From: Acidobacteriota bacterium
GTDB lineage: Bacteria > Acidobacteriota > UBA890 > WLXD01
Assembly (NCBI GenBank): GCA_965248695.1
Contig: CBDFKD010000002.1
Span: 1,504,001 to 1,568,000, forward strand
DNA: 64,000 nt
Direction: 5' to 3'
Made by a program: the position numbers and the translations under genes. This document shows, piece by piece, positions 49,855 through 61,673 of this stretch (its first letter is position 1; every line of letters starts with the position of its first letter). The notes under the pieces are model-generated. The model did not search any database, had not been told where the DNA came from, and saw only the letters and a list, made by a program, of their open reading frames with translations.

Positions 49855-51555
49855 TCAGATGGGTTTGATCGTCGGATAGACAGGATCCCAGATCCACGAC
49901 GCCACCGCGCCGGGGATTCCCTCCTCCGGCATGTCGGCCACCCCATCGTCGACCGCCGCCCGTGCAACCTCCTCGGCGATCTTGCAGGTAACTTGTCGCA
50001 GCTGGCTCACGGGCGGGTAGAGCGCCCCGGCAGCGAGATCGGCATCGGTCACCTGCGCCGCCAGCGCGGTGGCGGCAGCTGCGAACATCGAATCGCTGAT
50101 GGTGCGCGCGCTCACGGCGAGCGCGCCCAGGCCAACCCCGGGAAAGATGTAGACGTTGTTGCCCTGTGACACGTTGACCAGCCGATCTTCGATCTGAACA
50201 GGTGGGAACGGGCTTCCCGTCGCCACCAGCGCACGGCCCGCGGTCCAGGCAAAAATGTCCTCTGGTGTTGCCTCGCTCTTCTTCGTCGGGTTCGAGAACG
50301 GGAAGATCGCTGGACGTTCAACGCTATCTGCCATCTTGCGAACAATCGGCTTGGTGAACGCCCCGGGCTGACCTGTGGTGCCAATCAGCACGGTCGGCTT
50401 GTACTGTTCCACGACGCGCTCGAGACCCGGCGGCGGATCGTCGGTGAGCCCGAATGAGGCGGTGATCGGTGCCGGCCAGGCGAAGGCGCGCTTGTGCGCG
50501 TCGAGCCCCGGACGCGAATCGACCAGGAGTCCGCCGCTGTCGAGCATGGCGACCCTGGCGATCAGCTCATCACCCTCCAACCCTTCGTTCGCGAGGGCGT
50601 CGCGCAGCAGACCCGCGATGCCGGCACCGGCTGCACCGGCGCCGAGAATCGCCACCCGCTGCTCGCGTAGCGGCGTTCCCGTAGCGCGACATGCGGCCAG
50701 GATGCCCGCAAGAGCGATTGCGGCCGTCCCCTGAATGTCGTCGTTGAACGACGGCAGCACCTCACGGTAACGGTGCAGCAGGTCGAACGCGTTGGCCTTC
50801 TTGAAATCCTCCCATTGCAGGATCGCGTTGGGATAGCACTCGCGTACCGCCTGCACGAACTCGTCGACGAGCTCGTCGTACAGCTGGCCTCGCAGGCGCG
50901 AATGGCGCCAACCGAGGTACTTGGGATCGTCGAGCAGAGCGGCATTGTCGGTGCCCACATCGAGGCTTATCGGCAACGTCCGCGTCGGATGCAACCCGGC
51001 GGCAGCGGTATACAGCGCCAGCTTGCCGATCGGTATCGACATGCCGCCGGCGCCGAGATCGCCGAGTCCTAAGATGCGTTCGTTGTCGGTAACCACGATC
51101 AGTCGGATATCGGCCTTGATCTGCCGCAGCACGTCAACAATCCGGCCGCGATGCTCGGGGGTAATCCACCGCCCGCGCCCGCGACGGAAGATGTGGCTGA
51201 AGTTGCGGCTGGCGGAACCGACAGTCGGTGTGTAAACGATCGGCATCAACTCCTCGAGTCGATCCAGCAGCAGCCTGAAAAACAGCGTCTCGTTGCGGTC
51301 CTGAAGGTCCGCGAGCTCGACGTACTTGCCGAGCGGATGCTCGGTGTGCTTGAGCGAATCGACCTCGCGATCCAGCTGCTGGTCGATGTTGACCAACCCG
51401 GGTGGAAGCAGGCCTTCGAGGCGAAGCTCGGTGCGCTCGCGCGGCGTGAAGGCCGAGCCCTTGTTGATCAGCGGGTCGCGCAGCACATCGCGGCCGCGCT
51501 TGGCCACCTCGGCCGTAACCGTACCGTCCGAATTCCTTACGAAACGTGAGTGCAC
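49855..51555 (-). CDS. maeA: NAD-dependent malic enzyme
   Basis: NKGSAF, PIVYTPTVG, ILGLGDLG, FNDDIQGT, GAGAAG, SNPT, QGNNVYIFPG; GTG start uncertain. Confidence 0.92.
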   Translation of the reverse strand: MHSRFVRNSDGTVTAEVAKRGRDVLRDPLINKGSAFTPRERTELRLEGLLPPGLVNIDQQLDREVDSLKHTEHPLGKYVELADLQDRNETLFFRLLLDRLEELMPIVYTPTVGSASRNFSHIFRRGRGRWITPEHRGRIVDVLRQIKADIRLIVVTDNERILGLGDLGAGGMSIPIGKLALYTAAAGLHPTRTLPISLDVGTDNAALLDDPKYLGWRHSRLRGQLYDELVDEFVQAVRECYPNAILQWEDFKKANAFDLLHRYREVLPSFNDDIQGTAAIALAGILAACRATGTPLREQRVAILGAGAAGAGIAGLLRDALANEGLEGDELIARVAMLDSGGLLVDSRPGLDAHKRAFAWPAPITASFGLTDDPPPGLERVVEQYKPTVLIGTTGQPGAFTKPIVRKMADSVERPAIFPFSNPTKKSEATPEDIFAWTAGRALVATGSPFPPVQIEDRLVNVSQGNNVYIFPGVGLGALAVSARTISDSMFAAAATALAAQVTDADLAAGALYPPVSQLRQVTCKIAEEVARAAVDDGVADMPEEGIPGAVASWIWDPVYPTIKPI

Positions 51556-51718
51556 AAGCCCTCTGCTCGCTGCAGTAACGAGACGCTGGCAGGCCGTTTG
51601 TCGAAGTTCGTGGCGGCGCGCCGGGGTGAGGCGGCCTGGTAGTGTCTCGACCTGTTTCCGATCGCCACGCAGCTGGTCGGCGACCGCCATTCTAACCGAA
51701 GTCCCATGGATCCGGTTG

Positions 51719-52432
51719 ATGCGTAAGATCCTACTGTTCAGCACTTCGACGGTGCACGGAACGCCATACCTGCGGTACGCGATCCCGTACATGCATCGGT
51801 TCCTCGGCGACGTCGACTCCATTCTGTTCGTTCCCTTCGCCCGCCCGGGTGGCATCAGTCACGATCGCTACACTGCGATGTTCCGCAGCTGTATGGAGAA
51901 CCACGGCTACAAGGTCAACGGGATCCACGAGACCTCGGATCCAGTGGAAGGGCTGGAAGCCGCGCCGGCCGTGTTCGTTGGCGGCGGCAACACGTTCGTG
52001 CTGCTGAGGGAGCTCTACGAACAGGACCTGATCGGCGCACTGCGCCAGCGGGTGGAAGGCGGCATGCCCTACATCGGCAGCAGCGCCGGATCGAACGTTG
52101 CCGGCCTCAGCGTGGGGACAACCAACGACATGCCCATCGTGTTCCCGCCATCGTTCGAGGCCCTAGGGTTGGTGCCGTTCAACATCAACCCGCACTATCT
52201 CGACCCCGAGCCCGGATCCACCCACATGGGCGAGACACGCCCGACGCGAATCAAGGAGTTCCACGCGTTCAACTCCCAACCGGTGGTAGGGCTACGCGAG
52301 GGCGCGCTGCTGGAGATCGCGAGCGACTCCATGCGCCTCGAGGGGACCAACGGTGGCCGGCTCTTTCGGCCGCAGAGCGAGGCCGAAGAGCTCGAGGCCG
52401 GCGCCCGGCTCGACCACCTGCTGCAAGGCTGA
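51719..52432 (+). CDS. pepE: Dipeptidase E (peptidase S51)
   Basis: GGGNTF, GSSAGSN, TTNDMPI, INPHY, HMGETR. Confidence 0.95.
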   Translation: MRKILLFSTSTVHGTPYLRYAIPYMHRFLGDVDSILFVPFARPGGISHDRYTAMFRSCMENHGYKVNGIHETSDPVEGLEAAPAVFVGGGNTFVLLRELYEQDLIGALRQRVEGGMPYIGSSAGSNVAGLSVGTTNDMPIVFPPSFEALGLVPFNINPHYLDPEPGSTHMGETRPTRIKEFHAFNSQPVVGLREGALLEIASDSMRLEGTNGGRLFRPQSEAEELEAGARLDHLLQG

Positions 52433-52608
52433 GGCGGACTCCGGTACGCTGCGTCACATAGGTTCGCCGGCGGGGCGCCCCTGTTGACAACCGATTTGAT
52501 AAGATTCTCGATGGAATTGTTGAGAAAGTCAGCCATCGGTTGAGCCTGCGCAGGGGCGCGTGAGCTCGCTGATGCGCCACGCCAGCCCCTGCTCAGGAGT
52601 TTCCTCCC

Positions 52609-53769
52609 ATGTTGCGTTCGCTCCGTCTCATGCTGCTCTGTCTGTGCGCCGTCTTGACGGCCTCTGCCACGGTCGACGCAGGCTCCGCCCGCAAGCTGGC
52701 GAAGTACAAGCCAGACATTTCCGTTTCCGAGGTGAAGGTCGACGTCAAAGACGGCGTCGTCCGGTGGGACGAGTTCAAGGGCGACGACTTCTACGAGGGC
52801 GGCGCCGACGTACCAGCACAGAACATCATTCTCGACGGTGGCAAGAAGGTCACCGAGCGCTACCTGGTCTCGATACGCAACGACGGCACCAAGTCGGACT
52901 CGTTGCGAATCAAGATGGACATTCCGGACGCGGTCACGACCGTTGAAGCCCGCGGCGCAGCCGATGTGTTCGAGGCGACGATCTACGGGGCAACGCTGAA
53001 GGGGCCGAAGATGTTCCGTGGCGAGGACGTCACGGCAGAGTTCGCCGGCAACGGCATGGTCGTCGACGTGACGGCGGGCGAGAGCCACTACTACTGGGTA
53101 GAGATCGCCGGCCTCAAGGGCTTCAAGAAGAAAGACTACGTCGCCATACCGATACGCGCGCGCTCCTTGACCGGTTCCCGGGGTGCGATCCCGGTAAGCA
53201 ACGACCCGTTCAACACGGTCCTACCGGCGGTCGAGGACTACTTCTTCATCACCTTCGGAGTCGCCGGCGTGATTCTCATTCCCGACGGCGGAGGAGGCGG
53301 AGGAGGCGGAGGCGGTGGCGGCGCCGATGCTATCGACCACAAGACCGTGGCGTGGCCTGGGCCGATGAACGTAGGCCCGTGGAAGATCACGTCCACGGTG
53401 ACCGTCACCCTGGGGAAGTACCAGGTGTGCGTCCCCCACAGCAAGAACCGCTCGTGGCCAGTGGCCTTCGAGCCGGGCGGTGGCGTGAACGTCAACGGCA
53501 ATATCTGGGCCATCGCGAACATCGGCGGAAAATGGTACGCCGGCATCATCGAGTGGCTCACACCGGGCCTCATCTGCCAGTCGCTCGGATCCGGTGGCGC
53601 TACGACCGTCCTGCATGCGATGGCGACCCACTGGTTCTTCTCGCCGTTGAAGGGCTACGTCCCGAGGCCGGGCGAGACGCTCTACATCTTCGTCAGCGCC
53701 GTCTCCTGGCCCGGCCACGTGAACCCGATCGTGTTCGAGCGCACGCAAATCGTTAAGGTGATCGCGTAG
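52609..53769 (+). CDS. Secreted two-domain hypothetical protein with poly-Gly linker
   Basis: Signal peptide, AGGAG RBS, run of Gly codons at about 53287-53322, GC3-rich codons. Confidence 0.75.
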   Translation: MLRSLRLMLLCLCAVLTASATVDAGSARKLAKYKPDISVSEVKVDVKDGVVRWDEFKGDDFYEGGADVPAQNIILDGGKKVTERYLVSIRNDGTKSDSLRIKMDIPDAVTTVEARGAADVFEATIYGATLKGPKMFRGEDVTAEFAGNGMVVDVTAGESHYYWVEIAGLKGFKKKDYVAIPIRARSLTGSRGAIPVSNDPFNTVLPAVEDYFFITFGVAGVILIPDGGGGGGGGGGGGADAIDHKTVAWPGPMNVGPWKITSTVTVTLGKYQVCVPHSKNRSWPVAFEPGGGVNVNGNIWAIANIGGKWYAGIIEWLTPGLICQSLGSGGATTVLHAMATHWFFSPLKGYVPRPGETLYIFVSAVSWPGHVNPIVFERTQIVKVIA

Positions 53770-53802
53770 AAGACTTCGACCCTCGACGGCACGCGTGTCG
53801 AC

Positions 53803-56067
53803 TTAGCGGCGCGTGCCCAGCATGACGCGGGGCTCGCCGGCGGTCAGAGTACCCACGCGGCATGCGGCCGGATACCCCGCTGCCACCAGCTCGCGGATCG
53901 CCGTATCGGCCGACGTCTCGGGGACGCTCGCTATGAGACCGCCCGAGGTCTGTGGATCGAACAGCAGGGCGAACGCCGGTTGTCCGGCGCCAATCTCGGG
54001 GTTGATCAGCGCGCGGCGTGAGCGCAGATTCTGCGGCTGCAACGACGAAGTGATCCCCTGCTCGATCACCGCGATGGCCCCGTCGTAGGCGGGCACTGCC
54101 TCGAGATCGATCTCGGCGCCGACTCCGGAGGCACGCAGCATCTCCAGTAGGTGACCCAGGAGGCCGAATCCGGTGACATCCGTCATCGCCGAGACACCAT
54201 GACGAAGTAGGATCTCGGCGCCAAGGCGATTCGACATCGACATCCCCGCCAGCGCTGATTCGATCCACCGCCCCTTGGCGCGCTGTCGCATGTGGGCCGC
54301 GAGCAGCACGCCCGTACCGAGCGGCTTGGTCAATACGAGCGCTTCGCCCGGCCGGGCACCGCTCTTGGTCGACAGCGTGTCGGCCGGCGCGAAGCCGCTC
54401 ACCGAGAAACCCAGTGCCAGCGTGGATCCTTCGCTCGTATGCCCGCCCACCAAGACGGTGTCGGACTCATCGAGAGCCTCCAGGGCTCCTGCCATCAGCT
54501 GCACGAGGTCCTCTTCCATCTTCGCTTCGGTGGCGTAGGGAACCGTGGCGAGTGCAAGGGCGGAGTGAGGCGCAGCGCCCATGGCGTGCAGATCGCTCAG
54601 CGCATGTACTGCAGCGATGCGCCCGAACACGAACGGATCGTCGACGAAGGCGGCGAAATGATCGACCGTCTGCACCAGTACCTGGCCGTCGGGCACTCGG
54701 ATCACCGCTGCGTCGTCGGGCGCATCAAGACCGATGATGACGTCGGGGTGCGGCGTCATCGACAACCTCGCCAGGGCGCGCTCGAGCACGCGACTGCCGA
54801 CCTTCGACCCGCATCCGGCACAGTGCATCGGTGGCGTCGATAGCGTGCGGGACGCATCGACGCGATCATCCGCAGCCGATTCAGGCTCCGCCTGCATTTC
54901 CGGCAGCTCGTTGTACTTGCTCATGAAGCGTCGATCGATCCAGTCCTTCCAGCGCCATACCCACCGACCCTCGACGCTCCAGGACGATCGCGACGCCACG
55001 GCGTATTGATCGCCTGTGCTCACCAGGCTCAGGAACTGTCTCTGCGGATAGAACGGTCTGAGCGCCTCACCTCGTAGCCGCCGCCGCAGGTTCTGCTCCA
55101 GCGGTGGGCCCTGCCTAACAGCGAAGACCCCGGCCTTGGGCCGCGGGTGATCCACCACCGCGGCCACGTCACCGCTGGCGAACACGTCGGGATCGTTCGT
55201 TGACTGCAGGGTGCCGTCGACAAGGATGAACCCGCCCGCATCAACCTCCAGCCCACCCTCGCCCGGCCACTGCTGCACACCCGCGGTGGTCACCCAGAGC
55301 GCCTCATCAACCTCGGCGGCGTCACCGTCATCGAAAGTCAGTCGTATGCGCGCGCTCTTCTCCACCCGCGTGACGCCATGATTCGGACGCACGACGATGC
55401 CACGCTCTGCCATGACGCGCCGGAACTTACGCCGTACGCGCCGGTTGTGTGACGGGAGGATCTCATCGTCGCGGGTGTACAGCCTGTACTCGAGATGCTC
55501 GTCGGTCCTGCCGACGGCATGCAGCTCGGACCGTAGCCTGTGCTGGATGGCCAGCAGGATCTCTACACCTCCCGCCCCACCTCCGATGACCGACACGATC
55601 GAGGCATCGGTTCGGGCCAGGACACGCTCTCTCATACGACTCCACTGGCGCCCGAAACCGTCGATCGGCTTGACCGGGACGACGACCCCCTCGGCGCCTT
55701 CGACGTCCTGCATCGACGGTGCCGAACCAATATCGATCGACACCACGTCGTAAGCGACCGGCGGACGACCGCGGCAAACGAGCCGCTTGTTGGCGCGATC
55801 GATGCCGACGACCTCATCGTGCAGGAAGCGGGCGGCGGCGAAGTGCGACAGCGGCCCGAGATCGACATGCGCTTCATCGAATCCATAGTGGCCGGCGATC
55901 AACCCCGGCAACATTCCGGAATAGGGCGCGTGCGTATCGCGGCAGATCAGCGTTACGCGCACGCCGGGCTCGGGACGCATGCCGAGTCGCTTGAGCACCG
56001 TCACGTGGCTGTGCCCACCACCCACCAGGATCAGGTCCTGCCGGACCGGCGCGACTTCCTGCTGCAT
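53803..56067 (-). CDS. selD: Pyridine nucleotide-disulfide oxidoreductase fused to selenide,water dikinase
   Basis: GGGHSH, YSGMLPG, GGGAGG; CAGCGSK, DDAAV, QTVD, GGHT, TKPLG, TDVTGFGL, DPQTSGGL. Confidence 0.92.
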   Translation of the reverse strand: MQQEVAPVRQDLILVGGGHSHVTVLKRLGMRPEPGVRVTLICRDTHAPYSGMLPGLIAGHYGFDEAHVDLGPLSHFAAARFLHDEVVGIDRANKRLVCRGRPPVAYDVVSIDIGSAPSMQDVEGAEGVVVPVKPIDGFGRQWSRMRERVLARTDASIVSVIGGGAGGVEILLAIQHRLRSELHAVGRTDEHLEYRLYTRDDEILPSHNRRVRRKFRRVMAERGIVVRPNHGVTRVEKSARIRLTFDDGDAAEVDEALWVTTAGVQQWPGEGGLEVDAGGFILVDGTLQSTNDPDVFASGDVAAVVDHPRPKAGVFAVRQGPPLEQNLRRRLRGEALRPFYPQRQFLSLVSTGDQYAVASRSSWSVEGRWVWRWKDWIDRRFMSKYNELPEMQAEPESAADDRVDASRTLSTPPMHCAGCGSKVGSRVLERALARLSMTPHPDVIIGLDAPDDAAVIRVPDGQVLVQTVDHFAAFVDDPFVFGRIAAVHALSDLHAMGAAPHSALALATVPYATEAKMEEDLVQLMAGALEALDESDTVLVGGHTSEGSTLALGFSVSGFAPADTLSTKSGARPGEALVLTKPLGTGVLLAAHMRQRAKGRWIESALAGMSMSNRLGAEILLRHGVSAMTDVTGFGLLGHLLEMLRASGVGAEIDLEAVPAYDGAIAVIEQGITSSLQPQNLRSRRALINPEIGAGQPAFALLFDPQTSGGLIASVPETSADTAIRELVAAGYPAACRVGTLTAGEPRVMLGTRR

Positions 56068-56080
56068 CGACACGACCGAG

Positions 56081-56584
56081 TCAGTCGGTACCGCTGTCGT
56101 GCGGGGCAGCCACGCAGTAGGCGCCATCGTGGAACAGGAGCGCGTTGCCATCGCGCCGGTCGAAGGCCTCCAACTCGCCAACGAAGATCACGTGGTCGCC
56201 ACCATCGTGCTGCGCGGCTTTACGACACTCGAAGGTCGCCAAGCTGCCGGGGATCAACGGCGCGCCACCGGCTCCCTCGACGCATTCGACGACGTCGAAC
56301 TTGCCGGGCTCACGGCTGGCGAATGTGTTCGACAACTCCATCTGGTCCGTGCCGAGCACGCTGACGGCGAAGTGCGTGGCGCTTTCGAACACGGGCAGCG
56401 TCCCTGATCTTCGATCGAGGCTCCAGAGGACCAGTGGCGGATCGAGCGAAACCGAGTTGAAGCTACTCACGGTCACACCGACATACGCCCCGTCGGCGCT
56501 TTTGGCCGTGACGATCGTTACGCCGGTGGCGAAACGGCCGAGAGCACTGCGGAGCGCGCGTTCATCGAAGGCTGATTCAGACAT
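56081..56584 (-). CDS. Flavin reductase (HpaC/RutF-like)
   Basis: FATGVTIVT, SFNSVSLDPPL, GGDHVIFVG. Confidence 0.93.
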   Translation of the reverse strand: MSESAFDERALRSALGRFATGVTIVTAKSADGAYVGVTVSSFNSVSLDPPLVLWSLDRRSGTLPVFESATHFAVSVLGTDQMELSNTFASREPGKFDVVECVEGAGGAPLIPGSLATFECRKAAQHDGGDHVIFVGELEAFDRRDGNALLFHDGAYCVAAPHDSGTD

Positions 56585-56610
56585 CTGGGAGCTTCCTTTT
56601 CTTCCGATTC

Positions 56611-57423
56611 TTAACGTCCTGCCAGCGGCCCCTCGGGTCGCGCGAGCGCGGTGAGATCGGCCCGCGCAATGACGAAATCCGTCGGACCGAGAGCGTACGA
56701 GCTCACCTCATAGGCATCGAATCGGAAGGCGAGCCCGGACTCTACCACCGCCCAGTTGTCGTTCAGCGCGAAACGATTGTCCTCGAACCAGAACGATCCC
56801 TCGAGCGACTCGTCGGGCGCTAGTCCATGGCCGGCACGGAAGACGATCTCGCCCAGACGCGTCAGCTCGGCCTCGTAGCCCTCGACGAGCAGATCTGTCA
56901 GCGCGAGCGTCCGCCCGCTCACCCGGTCGACGACCCACTGCGACCGCGCGCCGTTCGGATGGGCGCCACCCAGATAGCTGTACTCGTCGAACCGGAAGCT
57001 CAGGATTCGCTCGTCCGAGTAGATGATCTCGATACTTCGATCGAGCGCCCAGGAGCCCTCCATGTCGGGGAACTCGGCGCGGAACGCAGCGTACTCCCTC
57101 AGCAACGCATCGCCGAGCGTGGTGAGCGACGCGGCCACCTGTCCATCGTAGAAATCCGCCCGCAGGTGAGCCTGGACAGACTCGTTGATGCGCTCGACCG
57201 CTTCGTCCGCCGGGCGCACGACGATCGGGTAGCGGAACCTGGCGTAGGTGCACGGTGGGGCAGGCTCCGGCGCGTCGGGGATACAGTCGTCGAGGCTTCG
57301 GACCACCGTCCGGGTCTCGAACGTGGGATCGTGCCGGATCTCGTCCTGAGCGACGGCCAATCCACCGAGACCGACGCAATACGACGCCATGATCACCGCG
57401 AGCGCCGATCTGTACCGCATCAT
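56611..57423 (-). CDS. DUF3298/DUF4163 (RsiV/PdaC-like) secreted protein
   Basis: YLGGAHPN, FDAYEVSSYALG; GGAGG RBS; signal peptide. Confidence 0.85.
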   Translation of the reverse strand: MMRYRSALAVIMASYCVGLGGLAVAQDEIRHDPTFETRTVVRSLDDCIPDAPEPAPPCTYARFRYPIVVRPADEAVERINESVQAHLRADFYDGQVAASLTTLGDALLREYAAFRAEFPDMEGSWALDRSIEIIYSDERILSFRFDEYSYLGGAHPNGARSQWVVDRVSGRTLALTDLLVEGYEAELTRLGEIVFRAGHGLAPDESLEGSFWFEDNRFALNDNWAVVESGLAFRFDAYEVSSYALGPTDFVIARADLTALARPEGPLAGR

Positions 57424-57505
57424 GACCTCCCGACGGCGCGCCGAGAACAACGCCGCAGCTCCGGCAGACTTGCCGTCCACGCCGATCAAGGAGTTCAATT
57501 GTCCC

Positions 57506-58960
57506 ATGATTGAGTGGTCACGACGACGCGTGCTCGGCGGGCTGGGCGCTATCGCTGCTCCAGCCGCGTTCGGCGTCGGCGGCGGCCTCGTGACGCGTTC
57601 GCTCGCCGAGTCGGCTGGACCGGGCATGGGCGGCGCGAGACCGAGCCCCTACACGCCGGCAGGACTGGTCGGGCTCCCCGACGCGGCGCGTGAGCAACGG
57701 GGGTTTTCGTCGCTCGAGATGGAGCTGCGCTACGGCAGCGCCGACGTCCAGCGCCGTCTCCTCGCAGCAACTCCCCCGCTGCGCTCCGGCGCGCGGTTTC
57801 CGTGGGCCGAGTTCGGGCAATTGCTGAACCAACGGTTCAGCGATCTGAACCGCCACTTCATCTTCGAGTACTACCCCTGGTACGACAACGCGCCTTTCCG
57901 GCACTGGCAACAGTGGAGTCGGGTCCCGCCGAACGACTTGGCGGCCACCAGCGTTCCCAAGTTGGGCGCCTACAGCTCGCGCGATACCGCGGTAATCGAA
58001 CAGCACGCCCGTTGGATCAAGGAAGTCGGTGCCGGCGCCGTGAACCTGAGCTGGTGGGGGATCAACAGCTTCTCCGGCCAATCAGCTCACACGGTGATGG
58101 ACGTGCTCGCCGACCACGACATCAAGGTGATGTTTCATATCGAGCCTTACCGGCACGACCGAGCCCATCGATATCTCGACGACATCACCTACCTGATCCA
58201 GGAATACGGCGACCGGCGCGGCTGGGATGCTCTTCTCCTGTTGCGCGATGCGAGCGACAAGATGGGGCCGGTGTTCAAGTCTTTCCGCACCATCGTTGCC
58301 CAGCAGGTAACCGACTGCCACGGCGTTGTGCACAACGTGCCGGATTACACGCCAGACGAAGTGTGGAAACAGCAGACCGACAGCGTTCGCGAGCGGTTTG
58401 CGCCAGATTTCGACCACGTGACCATGCTGGCCGATTCACTCAACATGAACCGCACCAGAAAATCCGGCTTCGACGGAATCGCCGTCTACAACAACTTCCT
58501 CGATCCGTCGACCTGGCAGGGTCATTCCGAACGTGCCAACAGCGACGGCCTGGTCTATTCCTTCAATACGAACCCCGGCTTCGACAGCATCGCTCGCCGA
58601 GAGATCCCGGCCGACTCGTGTTACGTCCCCAACCCGTTCCATCCACCGACCGAGGTGACCTGGAGCGAGACCACCGAGCGCGAGCGCGCTCGACGGCTGT
58701 CGCAGCGGCAGATCCGTCGCACGCTCAGCACGTCGATCCTGGTGCAGAGCAACCCGGTACACACAAACAGCCGGCAGGGCTTCTTTCTCGTTTTCCTCAA
58801 CTCATTCAACGAGTGGCACGAGGGACACGCGTTCGAGCCGGCGAAGAACTACGCGGCCCTGAGCGGCGCCGAGCTGCCGTCCGGCTATCACAATGCACGG
58901 CGCGGCAGCTACCGGCTCAAGACCCTGGGCCGTTACCTGCGTCGGGTCCTCAACGCCTGA
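57506..58960 (+). CDS. Tat-exported GH99-like endo-alpha-mannosidase family protein
   Basis: SRRRVL; [37 protein letters not shown]. Confidence 0.75.
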   Translation: MIEWSRRRVLGGLGAIAAPAAFGVGGGLVTRSLAESAGPGMGGARPSPYTPAGLVGLPDAAREQRGFSSLEMELRYGSADVQRRLLAATPPLRSGARFPWAEFGQLLNQRFSDLNRHFIFEYYPWYDNAPFRHWQQWSRVPPNDLAATSVPKLGAYSSRDTAVIEQHARWIKEVGAGAVNLSWWGINSFSGQSAHTVMDVLADHDIKVMFHIEPYRHDRAHRYLDDITYLIQEYGDRRGWDALLLLRDASDKMGPVFKSFRTIVAQQVTDCHGVVHNVPDYTPDEVWKQQTDSVRERFAPDFDHVTMLADSLNMNRTRKSGFDGIAVYNNFLDPSTWQGHSERANSDGLVYSFNTNPGFDSIARREIPADSCYVPNPFHPPTEVTWSETTERERARRLSQRQIRRTLSTSILVQSNPVHTNSRQGFFLVFLNSFNEWHEGHAFEPAKNYAALSGAELPSGYHNARRGSYRLKTLGRYLRRVLNA

Positions 58961-58979
58961 ACTCGGCAGTCCCCTCACC

Positions 58980-60363
<1,384 letters not shown>

Positions 60364-60377
<14 letters not shown>

Positions 60378-61266
60378 ACGCGGCGAGAGCCGCCGCAACC
60401 ACGGCCTCCCCGGACTCCTGCGTGAAATGGCCGGCGTCATCGAGCACCAGCGGCGCCGAGGCGCCTCGAATCATCTTCGCCAAAGCACGCATTGCCGGCA
60501 CTCCCAACACCGGATCCTGCGCCCCGGCGGCCAGGAACGTCTGTCCTGACCACTCGGTCGAAAGCCATGTACGCGCCCGGCGTGACAGCTCCGCCCCCGG
60601 ATCGTCCGGCGCCGTCGGCACGATTGCGGGGAAGGTACGCACGCCGGCACGGAAGCGGTCGTCCGGGAACGGCGCCTCATAGGCCGCCAGCTCGTCGGAC
60701 GTCAGCCCGGGGCAAGAGCGACGCATGAGCGATGCGATGCTGAAATCCGGATGCTCGCGCACGAAATCTCGCCAGGCTACGAACCCGGCCGACAACGGAA
60801 CATCGCCGGTCCCGAGGAAGGTGTTCATGACGAGAAGACGAACGAATCGTTCCGGCATCTCCTGCGGCAAGGTAAGACCGAGCAGCCCGCCCCAGTCCTG
60901 ACAGATGAGCGTGATGTTGGTGAGCTGACGCTGGGTGATGAGCTCCACCAGCGACCGGCGGTGAAAGTCGAACGTATAAACCGCGTCGTCGACCGGCTTG
61001 TCCGAACGACCGAAGCCGAAGAAATCGGGCGCCACGACCCGACCACCGGCGGCCAGCAACGGCGGCATCATCTTGCGGTACAAGAAGCTCCAGGTGGGCT
61101 CGCCGTGCAGGCAGAGGTAGACGTCATCGGCGCGCGCCGGTCCTTCGTCGACCAGATGCATGCGCAACCCTTCGAACCCCGGCAGATCGTCGACATAGTT
61201 CGGCGCGTAGTCGAAGTCGGGAACCGCGATGAACCGTTCCTCCGGGGTGCGTAGTGCCTCGACCAT
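60364..61266 (-). CDS. Haloalkane dehalogenase (DhlA-like alpha/beta hydrolase)
   Basis: [40 protein letters not shown]. Confidence 0.9.
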
Positions 61267-61429
61267 GGTGCAATCCTCTCGCTGATCGGATCGTTCGTGT
61301 GGACTGCATCATATCCAGGGGCTCGGTGGGTCGGGCTCGAAGCGAGCCGGGCGGAATTCCATTGTCGACGGCGGTCAATCCGCAGCGCCGCCGGGCCACT
61401 CAGTTGAGGCGCCGGCCTCACTGTGGCTT

Positions 61430-61636
61430 ACTGATCGGGTCGGCGAGAGACCGACACGGGAAGCGGGTGAGAAACCCGCGCTGCCCCGCAACTGTGAACG
61501 GGGACGAAAGCCGCCCGAAGCCTGATGCTCACCGCGTGGTGTGTGAACCACGCGCATGCCTCAGGCCCGAACGTCACTGGGCTCACGCCTGGGAAGGTGG
61601 CGGCGAGTAGGACGATCCGTGAGCCAGGAGACCGCA
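61430..61636 (+). ncRNA. Cobalamin riboswitch
   Basis: GGGAAGCGGGTGAGAAACCCGCGCTGCCCCGCAACTGT, CACTGG, GGGAAGG, GAGCCAGGAGACC; upstream of TonB receptor. Confidence 0.93.
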
Positions 61637-61673
61637 ATCAACCACTCGGTTGTCCCTCGGGGGAGGGTTTGTC

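Noticed and set aside
51555-51855. Real overlap between extended maeA and pepE ORFs
   Set aside because: Extensions lack homology; downstream starts give a normal divergent pair.
54810-54830. Selenocysteine in SelD or in the TlpA CxxC
   Set aside because: Frames are open with Cys codons; no in-frame TGA.
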